DNA of 63,142 nt from a virus (taxonomy: Duplodnaviria > Caudoviricetes). The stretch spans positions 1-63,142 of IMG/VR virus record IMGVR_UViG_3300021085_000001, one strand, 5' to 3'. Under the pieces are notes generated by a model that ran no database searches, had not been told where the DNA came from, and saw only the letters and a program-made list of their open reading frames with translations. Each line of letters begins with the position of its first letter. Within the stretch, counting starts at the first letter, position 1. Below are positions 27,622-37,402 of the stretch, piece after piece. The position numbers and the translations under genes are program-made.

Positions 27622-29658
27622 ATGGCACAAAGTAAAAGAACTTTTCAAGCTGCTCAAATGAATAAGGATCTTGATGATAGATTAGTCTCTCAAGGAACTT
27701 ATAGAGACGCTTTAAATGTCAGTGTTGCTTTCTCTGAAGACGGTAATGTAGGCGCTTTAGAAAACCTAAAGGGAAACGAACTGATAGCTAATCAAAATAT
27801 AACAGGGCTTAGCGCTGTGTCTAATCCAAATGCTGAGGTTGTTGGTAGTATAGCTCACCCGGAAGAAAATAAAATTTATTATTTTGTATCAGGTGATAAT
27901 TCAGACGGTATATTTGAATACGATGTTGAAGCAAATACCATATCTACCATAATAATCGACAGCTCTTCGCCGCCGCCAGCACCTGTACAGTTAAAATTTA
28001 CATTTGCCAACTCCTTAGCACAGGCTTCTGTAGCTATTAATGGAGCAATTACCGTATCTTCTAGTTTAGGCGAAATAGAAAGTATTACACAAGACTTTAA
28101 CGAAACGGTTACCACTGATACATTAAGAACTATCTCAGTTAGAGTTAAGGTTCCTAATGGATATAGTAATAAAAATAGCTACGTTAGTGGTACTCTAACA
28201 GCTACCCAGCAAGCTATTGCGGCACCAATTGTATCGTCAATTACTATTTTAGAGCCGACCAATATAACAAGCACCTCTGTTACTTTAAACGGAAAATATA
28301 CACAGGACGCGGCTTCGCTCACAGATGTAGGCTTTTACTATGCTCCCAATACAGGCGGTTCTAGTCCCGCTAGTTTGTATTCTAATAAATTTGTTATATT
28401 AGATTTAATTGGTAGCAGTGCTAATATATCCAGTGGAGCTCCTAATTGGACAGACCCATTCGATACAGTTGAGCCAGGCGATATAACCGTTACAGATGGA
28501 AACGGAGACATAATAGCTTCTAGCAATTATGTATACGAACGTTTCTATGGTGCACAACCTTCTGTAATAACCTTTAATGACGATTATTTAGCTATACTCC
28601 CGGTTACGGTTGCGCAGACTAGCACGTTAACTACAGTATCTGATGCTTTAACAAGTACTCAAATAGTTTCTACAGGAACCCAAGTTTCGTTATCAAGTGC
28701 TATAACATCGCCCTTTAAAGCTGATATAACAAGTTTATCATCAAGCACTGAGTATACCGCAGTTGCTTATGTTACTAATGCGCTAGGCACAACTTATAGT
28801 GATATCGTAACATTTAGTACTGAAGCAGTAGCCGTCCCCACATACAACGCTCTACCAGACGATAGAATTTTTATTTTTCCAACAGCTGACGACACTCAGT
28901 ACGGAGCTAACCTTTATCCTGGGTATAGAGAATTTGAAAAAAACGGAGGAGACTTTTATTTTGCTGCAGTAGCTTCAAAAGCCTCAGGATTATATAATGA
29001 TTATAATGATTTAACCTCAGGGGTAACATGGTCAAATTTAGGAGTTAATTTTACTTACAACGATACAGAAACCCAAAACTATGCAAAAACTAGTTCCGTT
29101 AATGTTTCAACTTCTTCAGCGGGAGTATACACTATCACTGCCGCTAAAAGCGGTTTAACATCGGGGACTACACAAATAGTTGTTGGCAGCCCCGCAGGAA
29201 CGCGTTATAAATCAACATTTACATTAAACTTTGCAAAAACAGGCACAGGCACAGTTCCGTTTGTTGCTGAATTTGACCACAATGTTAGCACCGCTCTCCA
29301 TTGGAACGCAGCGCCTGCTGAATTGGCTGAATTTTCTATCGGACCATTTAATCAAGGCCAAGATGGCGCTATAATGATACCTTTATCCACTGACAATAGT
29401 GTTGCAATCGCTCCAACCGGAACTACTACTGCTAAGTTTAACAACAATACGTTTAATCCAGAAAATTTAGATGTTTCTATTTCAGGAAAAACTGAAGGGG
29501 TTGATTTTGAATACTATATAGCTACTGAAGCGATGAGTATATGGGGAGGGACTGGTATAGGACCTGTGCCTGCAGTTATAATAGAAGCCGACCCTTATGT
29601 GTTAAACGGAGGGACTGCTAACGTTACTCACACTTTAAATATAACTTATAATTATTAA
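27622..29658 (+). CDS. Tail muzzle/stabilisation protein part 1 with Fn3/Ig-like extension
   Basis: MNKDLDDRL...YRDALNV...VGALENLKGN N-terminus typical of crAss-like muzzle proteins. Confidence 0.7.
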   Translation: MAQSKRTFQAAQMNKDLDDRLVSQGTYRDALNVSVAFSEDGNVGALENLKGNELIANQNITGLSAVSNPNAEVVGSIAHPEENKIYYFVSGDNSDGIFEYDVEANTISTIIIDSSSPPPAPVQLKFTFANSLAQASVAINGAITVSSSLGEIESITQDFNETVTTDTLRTISVRVKVPNGYSNKNSYVSGTLTATQQAIAAPIVSSITILEPTNITSTSVTLNGKYTQDAASLTDVGFYYAPNTGGSSPASLYSNKFVILDLIGSSANISSGAPNWTDPFDTVEPGDITVTDGNGDIIASSNYVYERFYGAQPSVITFNDDYLAILPVTVAQTSTLTTVSDALTSTQIVSTGTQVSLSSAITSPFKADITSLSSSTEYTAVAYVTNALGTTYSDIVTFSTEAVAVPTYNALPDDRIFIFPTADDTQYGANLYPGYREFEKNGGDFYFAAVASKASGLYNDYNDLTSGVTWSNLGVNFTYNDTETQNYAKTSSVNVSTSSAGVYTITAAKSGLTSGTTQIVVGSPAGTRYKSTFTLNFAKTGTGTVPFVAEFDHNVSTALHWNAAPAELAEFSIGPFNQGQDGAIMIPLSTDNSVAIAPTGTTTAKFNNNTFNPENLDVSISGKTEGVDFEYYIATEAMSIWGGTGIGPVPAVIIEADPYVLNGGTANVTHTLNITYNY

Positions 29659-29660
29659 CT

Positions 29661-29882
29661 ATGCCTCAATTTACAATAAGCCCGCAAACTGCTATTATAG
29701 CGGAAGTATCTTTTATACCAAATGTTGATATACAAGTTAATTCTATTCAGAATATACATGCTTTAGAACTTACTTTTGGTGTTAATGATATAATAAGTGC
29801 TAACACTAAGGTTAATATACTAGAGGGATACGCTTCTATGGGTTTTACCCCAAAAGTTGTTGTTGATTACACAGAAATATAA
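29661..29882 (+). CDS. Small hypothetical protein in tail module
   Basis: 73-aa ORF filling the gap between muzzle parts 1 and 2. Confidence 0.55.
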   Translation: MPQFTISPQTAIIAEVSFIPNVDIQVNSIQNIHALELTFGVNDIISANTKVNILEGYASMGFTPKVVVDYTEI

Positions 29883-29883
29883 T

Positions 29884-32800
29884 ATGGGAAGTTTTATACT
29901 AAATTTTGATAAGAATAGGCTTATAACAGGAGCCAATATCGTTGATAACATACTTTACTTTACAGACAACGAAACAGAACCTAAAAGAATAAACCTTGAA
30001 GTCTTTAAGGCCGCAGACCATTCAAACGGTACTACATCTGTATATGGTAGACAATTTTTAGAAAGAGATATAACCGTTATAAGGCCTCATCCTCAAGCCG
30101 TAATTAACTCTAACCTATCACAGGAAGTTGATATTCCTATTGATGCTGTTGAGCCTTTGGTTTTAACTGGCGCTGCAGATGTTTTTAACGACTTCGTAAA
30201 ACTAAATGGTTCAGCAATTAATGCAGGAACCGTTTTTGTAAAAAGAGGATTTTATTATCGCGAATATATAAATGGGGCAACACCTTCTTTAGAAACAGTT
30301 ATATCAGAGGGCACTAAAGTAGAATCTGATTTAAATGGCTTTGGTTTTTCTTCAGAAGTGTCTTTGTCTGTTAATAAAAAATATCATTACGTAGCATACG
30401 CTAAGTCGCAAGTAGGCTCTGCTATTTACGGTGATGTTGTTGCATTTAAAACCAATGCCATCACTGTAGATTTCCCCTCCGTAACCACGGTCGGTCATGA
30501 AAAAATAAGCAATCTTTCGTATAGGTTGAAAGGAAAAGTAACTGATGAAGGTGGTTCACAAGTAACTGAAGTCGGTATATATTACTATTTTTTAGATTTT
30601 TTAAACAGTTCAACTCCTCCAAGCACACTTGTAGGAAATTCGAACAACGCGATAACGGGTGCAAATAAACAAACAGCTTCATATAATATTGATACTGGTG
30701 AATTTTTTATAGATATAGCTATACCTCCCGCTTCAATATTTTATTATCAAGCTTATGCTGTTAATGTCGAGTCTGGACAAGATGAAGGCTTAGTCAAAAA
30801 TCAGTTAGTTGCTGTAACGGAAGCTCCGGAAGTGCAGTTAGAAGATTGCGAAATTTTTAATAATAAAGCAATACTTAGAGCTAAAGTCACAAGAGCTAAC
30901 GGTAATCTAACAGAAAGGGGGTTTTATTTTAGCAAGACGTCGAACAATCTATTTACCATGGTAGCCACTCACGCTACCGACTCTAACATATTTAAAGTTA
31001 GTGTACCAATGACCCCAAACACGTCTTTAGATGCTTATTTGTATGACACTATAGCTGAGTCTGGGTTATCATTAACCAAAGGAGATACTTTATATATAGC
31101 CGCATACGCTTCTAATGGAGCTGAGCGACAAACAGGAATATTGCCCTTAACTATAAGAGATGCTGAAATTGACCCTCCTTCTGTTTCCACAAACAATGTA
31201 GAGATAGTTGACAACAACGGCAATTCTAGGTTGAGGTGTACTGGCTACAACAACGCACCTGACTATCAAAGTGTTCAAAGCTTAGGTTTCTATATAACTA
31301 GAAACGAATCTGGGGAAGAATTAGGTGTAGATCAAGCTGCAAAAAAAGCAGAAATGATTAGACGTTTCAACACGTTTCCTAGAACGGCTACGGAAATAAT
31401 TGCTCAAAAAACAATAGGATTTATAACACAACCGAATACCGATATAGGTCTTTTTGTTGATTCGTTTGATGGTAATAATGAAGTGCCTTTGGAGCCAGGA
31501 TACGATTATTATGTTATGGCTATAGCATTTAACGGTGGCGTTCTTGGCACTGGAGATGTTGTAAATACACCTACAAAAACAGAAGCTGAAGCACCACCAG
31601 TATACACCCGGCAAACAAACCCTGCGACTTTAACTAGCGGAACAATGCGTGGTACTGTAGAATTTGACGACGACCCCACTGTTAAAGTAGCTTTAGACGA
31701 TGCTGGTTTCACATACGCTGCAGGGGAAAGTGGCACTTTAAAAGTTGCCCATATTTCAATATCCAGTGGGGATTTAGCTACTTTAAACACGTTTATAACA
31801 ACAGGTGTTGGTAGTGGAAATTTTAACGTTTTAAAAAGTGGGCTGCAACAAGATACATTATACAAAGTGCAAGCTTACGTAACGCCTTCAGGCGGATCAA
31901 AGGTATATGCTAAATTTGATCATGACGAACAAGGCACATATGGCGACGGAATAACTCGTTTTAGAACGTTAAAACCAACAACCACACTTCCTAAGCTTAC
32001 CGCAACATTAAAAACTACACAAAGGACTACTGCAAAAGTTAGAGGTAATCTAACTAACGACGGAGGCTCAGGTATGTCGCTACAAGCTATGCAACCTGTT
32101 TTTTATTATGCTACTAAAGCGATTACGGTAGGATCTACTGATGCGCAAAAAATAGCCAATATAATAACCCAAGTTGGAACAAACCAGCCAACCGCAACGT
32201 TGGGCAAACTAGGAGCAGATTTTGATTATAATCAAGATCCTCCAAATCCATCTTTAGCAAATGAAGCTTTTGTTACAATAGGAGGTGCACAAGAGCATAT
32301 AGCTAGTTCAACATCAACACCTTTACTCAACAACACAGAGTATTACTTCTTCATGTCAACTACCGTTTCAAATGGAGCGGGCACAACTAGTAGTAATCTA
32401 AATGAGTTTAAAACGTTAGCGCCGGTAGCAACAACACCTATAATAAATCCCGTAGTAGTTTCTAACATAGCTGAAACAAATGTATGGGTAGGAGCTACAG
32501 TAATATCTAGCGGAGGAAATGCGGATTATCACAATAGAACCGTAGGGTTTTATTATATAAAAAAATCAGATTTACCCGCTTCTTATGACCCTAATAATGG
32601 CTTAACTGCAGCAACATCATTAATAGCTGATGCTGACAAAGCTTTTGCGGCTCAAGCTAGATTTGGAGGTACTTATTTAGGCTCTAAAAACTTAACATCC
32701 TTAGAGCCTAATACAGAATACTATGTTATTGCGGCTGTAGAAAATAGTGTAGGTGTTGGATACAGTACTAAAGCCACGTTATTCAAAACAAAAGGAGTAT

Positions 32801-33180
32801 CTGTTCCTGATTCTATATCAATAAATGGACTAAACACATTTTGGTTTGATAAAAACGGTAGAGCTATAGACGAAAATGCTGTTTCTTTTACAACTACACC
32901 GTCTACTGCATCTGTAGTTGCAATAGTACAATCATATTGGTCGCCTTCAACAGGGGGAGCGCGTGTGCCTTCTGTGCTTTTAGAAAGATCATCTAACGGT
33001 AGCACGTTGCTAACCATAGATTGTCCGGAAAATAACAGTAATTCTGCTAGGGAAATATACATAACTTTAGCACACTCACTAACACCCGGGGTGACTAGGA
33101 GAATAAAAATAATTCAGCAAGCTGGATCCGGAAGTGGCTTTGACGATGGTGACGGCCCAGATATAGCCGCACAACTATAA
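29884..33180 (+). CDS. Tail muzzle protein part 2 with multiple Fn3-like repeats
   Basis: LNF...ITGANIVDNILYFTD..EPKRIN...DITVIRP, then repeated GFYY...YY..AYA.N..G modules; ATG at 29884. Confidence 0.7.
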   Translation: MGSFILNFDKNRLITGANIVDNILYFTDNETEPKRINLEVFKAADHSNGTTSVYGRQFLERDITVIRPHPQAVINSNLSQEVDIPIDAVEPLVLTGAADVFNDFVKLNGSAINAGTVFVKRGFYYREYINGATPSLETVISEGTKVESDLNGFGFSSEVSLSVNKKYHYVAYAKSQVGSAIYGDVVAFKTNAITVDFPSVTTVGHEKISNLSYRLKGKVTDEGGSQVTEVGIYYYFLDFLNSSTPPSTLVGNSNNAITGANKQTASYNIDTGEFFIDIAIPPASIFYYQAYAVNVESGQDEGLVKNQLVAVTEAPEVQLEDCEIFNNKAILRAKVTRANGNLTERGFYFSKTSNNLFTMVATHATDSNIFKVSVPMTPNTSLDAYLYDTIAESGLSLTKGDTLYIAAYASNGAERQTGILPLTIRDAEIDPPSVSTNNVEIVDNNGNSRLRCTGYNNAPDYQSVQSLGFYITRNESGEELGVDQAAKKAEMIRRFNTFPRTATEIIAQKTIGFITQPNTDIGLFVDSFDGNNEVPLEPGYDYYVMAIAFNGGVLGTGDVVNTPTKTEAEAPPVYTRQTNPATLTSGTMRGTVEFDDDPTVKVALDDAGFTYAAGESGTLKVAHISISSGDLATLNTFITTGVGSGNFNVLKSGLQQDTLYKVQAYVTPSGGSKVYAKFDHDEQGTYGDGITRFRTLKPTTTLPKLTATLKTTQRTTAKVRGNLTNDGGSGMSLQAMQPVFYYATKAITVGSTDAQKIANIITQVGTNQPTATLGKLGADFDYNQDPPNPSLANEAFVTIGGAQEHIASSTSTPLLNNTEYYFFMSTTVSNGAGTTSSNLNEFKTLAPVATTPIINPVVVSNIAETNVWVGATVISSGGNADYHNRTVGFYYIKKSDLPASYDPNNGLTAATSLIADADKAFAAQARFGGTYLGSKNLTSLEPNTEYYVIAAVENSVGVGYSTKATLFKTKGVSVPDSISINGLNTFWFDKNGRAIDENAVSFTTTPSTASVVAIVQSYWSPSTGGARVPSVLLERSSNGSTLLTIDCPENNSNSAREIYITLAHSLTPGVTRRIKIIQQAGSGSGFDDGDGPDIAAQL

Positions 33181-33191
33181 AAAAATAAATA

Positions 33192-36100
33192 ATGGCAGAT
33201 AAAAAACTACCTTTTGAAAAGATTTTTCCATACTTTAGTTATAGATGGAGGTATGAAGATGGGCAATATTCTCCATATGCTCCGTTTAGTAAGGTAAATT
33301 TTTTCCCTAAAGACCCAGATGTAGAGGAATACTTTAAGAAGGGTCATAATACATCAATATCAAATACCGTTGAGTCTATAAACCTTGGCGGTATTGATAA
33401 AGGAGGGCCTGACGTTGTTGCTGTAGACGTGCTATACACAGAATCGCTGTCTAGCACTGTTTATATATTAAAAACAATAGAAATACCACAAGCAGAAAGA
33501 GGCAACGGAGCAGAATTAAAGATACAGGTTAATAAGCGATCGTTTGCATCTGCATTACCAGACTCACAACTATCTAGAGCATATGATAATGTTCCTTTAA
33601 AAGCAAAAGCTCAAGAGGTTACTGCTAATAGATTAATGTACGGTAATTATGTACACCAATTTGATCAACAACCTTTAAATATAGTTGTAGGCGTTAAGTC
33701 ACTTGGAGCTGACCCGTTAAATGGTCCTCATATTAAAGGCAATAGAACCTATAACGTTGGCGTTGTTTATATTGATAAATATGGTAGATATGGCAATGTA
33801 ACAACGCAAGAAGCTGCTACTGTTAGTGAACAAGGCTCTTCTATAAAAACAGAATTTACAACAAAATTTAGATCTACATTAACAGCTAAAATTTCCAGCG
33901 AAGCTCCAGAATGGGCGGTTTATTATAGGTACTTTGTTAAAGACGTGTCTGGTGAACACTTTAATTTGTCTGCATTTAATGTATATAACGATGGTGCTAC
34001 TGGTGATGGTGATTCTGATAACGTTTACCTTCAGTTCAATTCTTCCGATAGGAATAAAATCACAGATGATACTATTCTAATACCAAGGAGAATAAATGAT
34101 GCTACCGACCAGCAAATACTTACTTCTGAATCAAGACACCCTGTTTTAGATATAGAGAACGAAGCGCCGGATATTGTTAAGAGTCAAGTTAATGAAAGAA
34201 TTTTATCATCTGCTGGCATATCCATTACCGACGAATATGGTAACACTTATGATCCTCTTCTAGCTGTTGGCTCTGGAGGAAGTTTAGGTAGCTCTAATCA
34301 CCCTACGGTCGTTGGAGATACTCAAATAGCAATAGGAGATACATCTAATGGTTTTGGAAGTGTAATAGCTAATATAAACAAATACATATTATCTCAAGAC
34401 CCAGATGCAACTCAATTCGCAATAGAATCTGGATCTGCTAGCTCCAGCCTTCCTGATCAAATTATAGATATATCTGGCTATGCTGATCGTTTAGCTCTTA
34501 AGTTTAAAGCTAGATATAAACAAGATGACGCTCAGTACACTACGTCACCGTGTTTGGTTGACTCTATTAAATTCATAGCTACGAATGGTAATAAGAAAAA
34601 ACGTAACTTAATTGTATTTACTATATCTACTAGATTAGATGAAGGTGGTAGTCCTTTAGAAGGCACAGGTGCTGGAGACGGGTTAGACAAAGGCGGTCAT
34701 ACTATGGATGGCGGGCCAAAACGCGAAGACTTAAAGTTTTACAAACTAGGTTTATCTGAAGAAGGACAGGACAAACTAAAAGGTTCGTTTTTTGTAAAAG
34801 TACCGCGTGAAGTTGCTAATAACAGCGCTGTGCCTATATTACCAACTTTTCAAACTGAATTTGATGAAGATGGTAAAGTTTCTATAATAAAAGAATTAAA
34901 CTTTGAGACAGAACCCGTTCAGGACTCTAATATAGACTTGTATTGGGAATCTAGTAAAACATACTATATTGATAGGGACCATGGTTCTTTGAATAGCGTA
35001 GATTTTGCAAATTGCATTGGAACAGCAGAGCCATCTACTGGAAATATATATCTAGAATCAGTTAAACTTTTTGATAAATTTAATTCAATAGAAATTTCTA
35101 AGGGAGTACGTGTTAACACCCCTGCTAATAGATTTGCAGAAGAGAATAGAAAAGCTGGATTAATATTTTCGGGGCTATATAATTCAAAAACAGGTGTTAA
35201 TGAGCTTAACCAGTTTAATGCGTCTGTGGGCATAACTAAAGAGTTAGAACCTAATTATGGCGGAATACAAAAACTATTTGCTTTAGATACTAATCTTATT
35301 GCTTTTGCTGAAGACAAAGTATTTAGAATATTAGCTGATAAAGATGCTCTTTTCAACGCTGATGATGGCGTTAACGTTACAGCTACTAATTTAGTTTTAG
35401 GACAGTCTATGGTTTATCAAGGTAACCATGGTATGAGCAAGAACCCTGAGTCTTTTGCTTATTTTAGAAATAACATATACTTTACTGACGCTAAAAGAGG
35501 TAGCGTTCTACAGCTCACGCCTGCTAATGGTCAAATATTCCCGATAAGCACTAGGGGGATGAACAACTTTTATAGAGATCGCATAGGTACAGCTGATAAG
35601 CTTATAGGTATGTATGATGGAGCTAAAAACACTTATACTTTATCAATGCAAGGGTATGACAATACTGAAGCATCTATTGGCTCTGAAACGCTTCCTGGAG
35701 AAACAACAGATATTACAATAGGTTATAATATACGAACCGAAGGTTGGACATCACGATATAGCTTTATTCCTGAGTCAGGTGTTACAATGAACAATAAGTT
35801 TTACACATTTAAAAATGGCAACGTTTATTTACATAACTCCAACACGGCTAATAGAAACAATTTTTACGGTACAGACTACAGCTCTGAGGTGGAAATTATT
35901 TTTAATGACAACCCTACCAACGTTTCAGACTTTTTAACATTGAACTATGAAGGCGATTCAGGTTGGGAAGCGGTTAGTATTATTGGGGACCAAGACGGTA
36001 CGCATAACATAACAGATGTTAGGTTGCTTGATTCAGATGAAAGCGGTTTTTTAGGATGGTTTTTAAAAGAAGGCAAGTATCACGGAGCAATTGTAGGTTC

Positions 36101-36296
36101 GCAGCCGGTTTATATAATAGACCCGGCAGGAACTATTGGAGCAGACGGGTTTTGGCCGCTAATACAAGACGGGAACAACACACAAGATGTTTCTGGTACT
36201 AAAGGTTTCTTTGCTAAAGTAAGATTTAAAAACTCTGCAACCACAGCTAAAGAACTTTTTGCTATAACTACAGAATATTATATTAGTCAAAATTAA
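33192..36296 (+). CDS. Tail muzzle protein part 3
   Basis: FSYRWRYEDGQYSPYAPFS, YDNVPLKAKAQE, GVNELNQF, YFTDAKRG, GWTSRYSF, ELFAI. Confidence 0.8.
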   Translation: MADKKLPFEKIFPYFSYRWRYEDGQYSPYAPFSKVNFFPKDPDVEEYFKKGHNTSISNTVESINLGGIDKGGPDVVAVDVLYTESLSSTVYILKTIEIPQAERGNGAELKIQVNKRSFASALPDSQLSRAYDNVPLKAKAQEVTANRLMYGNYVHQFDQQPLNIVVGVKSLGADPLNGPHIKGNRTYNVGVVYIDKYGRYGNVTTQEAATVSEQGSSIKTEFTTKFRSTLTAKISSEAPEWAVYYRYFVKDVSGEHFNLSAFNVYNDGATGDGDSDNVYLQFNSSDRNKITDDTILIPRRINDATDQQILTSESRHPVLDIENEAPDIVKSQVNERILSSAGISITDEYGNTYDPLLAVGSGGSLGSSNHPTVVGDTQIAIGDTSNGFGSVIANINKYILSQDPDATQFAIESGSASSSLPDQIIDISGYADRLALKFKARYKQDDAQYTTSPCLVDSIKFIATNGNKKKRNLIVFTISTRLDEGGSPLEGTGAGDGLDKGGHTMDGGPKREDLKFYKLGLSEEGQDKLKGSFFVKVPREVANNSAVPILPTFQTEFDEDGKVSIIKELNFETEPVQDSNIDLYWESSKTYYIDRDHGSLNSVDFANCIGTAEPSTGNIYLESVKLFDKFNSIEISKGVRVNTPANRFAEENRKAGLIFSGLYNSKTGVNELNQFNASVGITKELEPNYGGIQKLFALDTNLIAFAEDKVFRILADKDALFNADDGVNVTATNLVLGQSMVYQGNHGMSKNPESFAYFRNNIYFTDAKRGSVLQLTPANGQIFPISTRGMNNFYRDRIGTADKLIGMYDGAKNTYTLSMQGYDNTEASIGSETLPGETTDITIGYNIRTEGWTSRYSFIPESGVTMNNKFYTFKNGNVYLHNSNTANRNNFYGTDYSSEVEIIFNDNPTNVSDFLTLNYEGDSGWEAVSIIGDQDGTHNITDVRLLDSDESGFLGWFLKEGKYHGAIVGSQPVYIIDPAGTIGADGFWPLIQDGNNTQDVSGTKGFFAKVRFKNSATTAKELFAITTEYYISQN

Positions 36297-36299
36297 TTT

Positions 36300-36785
36300 A
36301 TGAGTCTTATAAAATCAAATCAAAAAGTAACAAACGTATTTTCTAAAAAAAATATTTCAGAGCTATTAAAAAAAATATACTCTTCAAAATCGAACGAATC
36401 ACTTATTCATAACAACGGTAAAATATGCAGGGAGGGTGGTGATTTGTTTGACTTAGAGCATGAGCTAGTGGATGGACTATATTTAAGAAGAATGAGCTTA
36501 AACAAAGGAACGGGTATAATTAGTGGCATACATAAGAGAGACCATGTTTGGATACTATTACAAGGAAGCATTAAAGTTTCCTCTGAACTGGGAGAAGAAG
36601 AGTACTTAGCACCGTGGGTAGGTTACTCACCAGCAGGCACTCAGCGACTCATATACGCTAACGAACGTTCGGTGTTTCAGAACGTTTTTAAAAACCCAAA
36701 AAATCTAACTTATTTAGATGATTTAGAGGATTACAACTACTGTACTACTATAGAGGAGTACGAAAAATATAAAAAAAATAATTAA
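36300..36785 (+). CDS. Cupin-like protein
   Basis: GLYLRRM...GIHKRDHVWILLQG...SPAGTQR. Confidence 0.55.
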   Translation: MSLIKSNQKVTNVFSKKNISELLKKIYSSKSNESLIHNNGKICREGGDLFDLEHELVDGLYLRRMSLNKGTGIISGIHKRDHVWILLQGSIKVSSELGEEEYLAPWVGYSPAGTQRLIYANERSVFQNVFKNPKNLTYLDDLEDYNYCTTIEEYEKYKKNN

Positions 36786-36787
36786 TT

Positions 36788-37387
36788 ATGGCGGGAATAA
36801 TGACAGCGGCTGCAATAGGAGCAGCGGTATCCGGAGGGTCTAAAATAATAGGGTCCTTAATTGGTAGCGGAAAAAGAAAAAGAGAACAAAAAGCAGCTGA
36901 GGCTGAGTTAGCTCAACAAAAACAAGCTTTTATGGACTTTCAATTTACTAATCCATATGCTGGACTAGAAAATGTAGCTGAAGATTTAACTGTTAACCAA
37001 GACGCCGCACAATTTCAAGCTCAGCAATCTGATGCTGCGTTAGCACAAGCTATGCAAGCAGCTGTAGCTTCTGGAGGTGCCGCTGGTGGTGCTCAAGCAA
37101 TTGCTCAAGCGGCATTACAATCTAAAAGAGGCATAGCTGCAGATATTGCAAGACAGGAACAGGCAAATCAAGCAGCGCAAGTTAACCAAGCAGCTAAATT
37201 ACAACAATTAGAGGCTCAAGGCGAAGAAGATTTACAATCACAACAATACATTCAACAAGGAGAACTACTTAACATGGCAAGTGGTAGAAAATTTGTAGCA
37301 GATCAAGCTAGAGCTCAAGCTAGTGAAATGTTAATGGGAGGTATTGGTGAAATTGGAGGTGCGGTAGGAAAAATGAATTTTAAGTAA
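36788..37387 (+). CDS. Putative internal virion / DNA ejection protein
   Basis: Hydrophobic Ala/Gly N-terminus, Gln/Ala-rich helices; position after tail genes. Confidence 0.6.
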   Translation: MAGIMTAAAIGAAVSGGSKIIGSLIGSGKRKREQKAAEAELAQQKQAFMDFQFTNPYAGLENVAEDLTVNQDAAQFQAQQSDAALAQAMQAAVASGGAAGGAQAIAQAALQSKRGIAADIARQEQANQAAQVNQAAKLQQLEAQGEEDLQSQQYIQQGELLNMASGRKFVADQARAQASEMLMGGIGEIGGAVGKMNFK

Positions 37388-37402
37388 GAAATAAAGCAAA
37401 AA

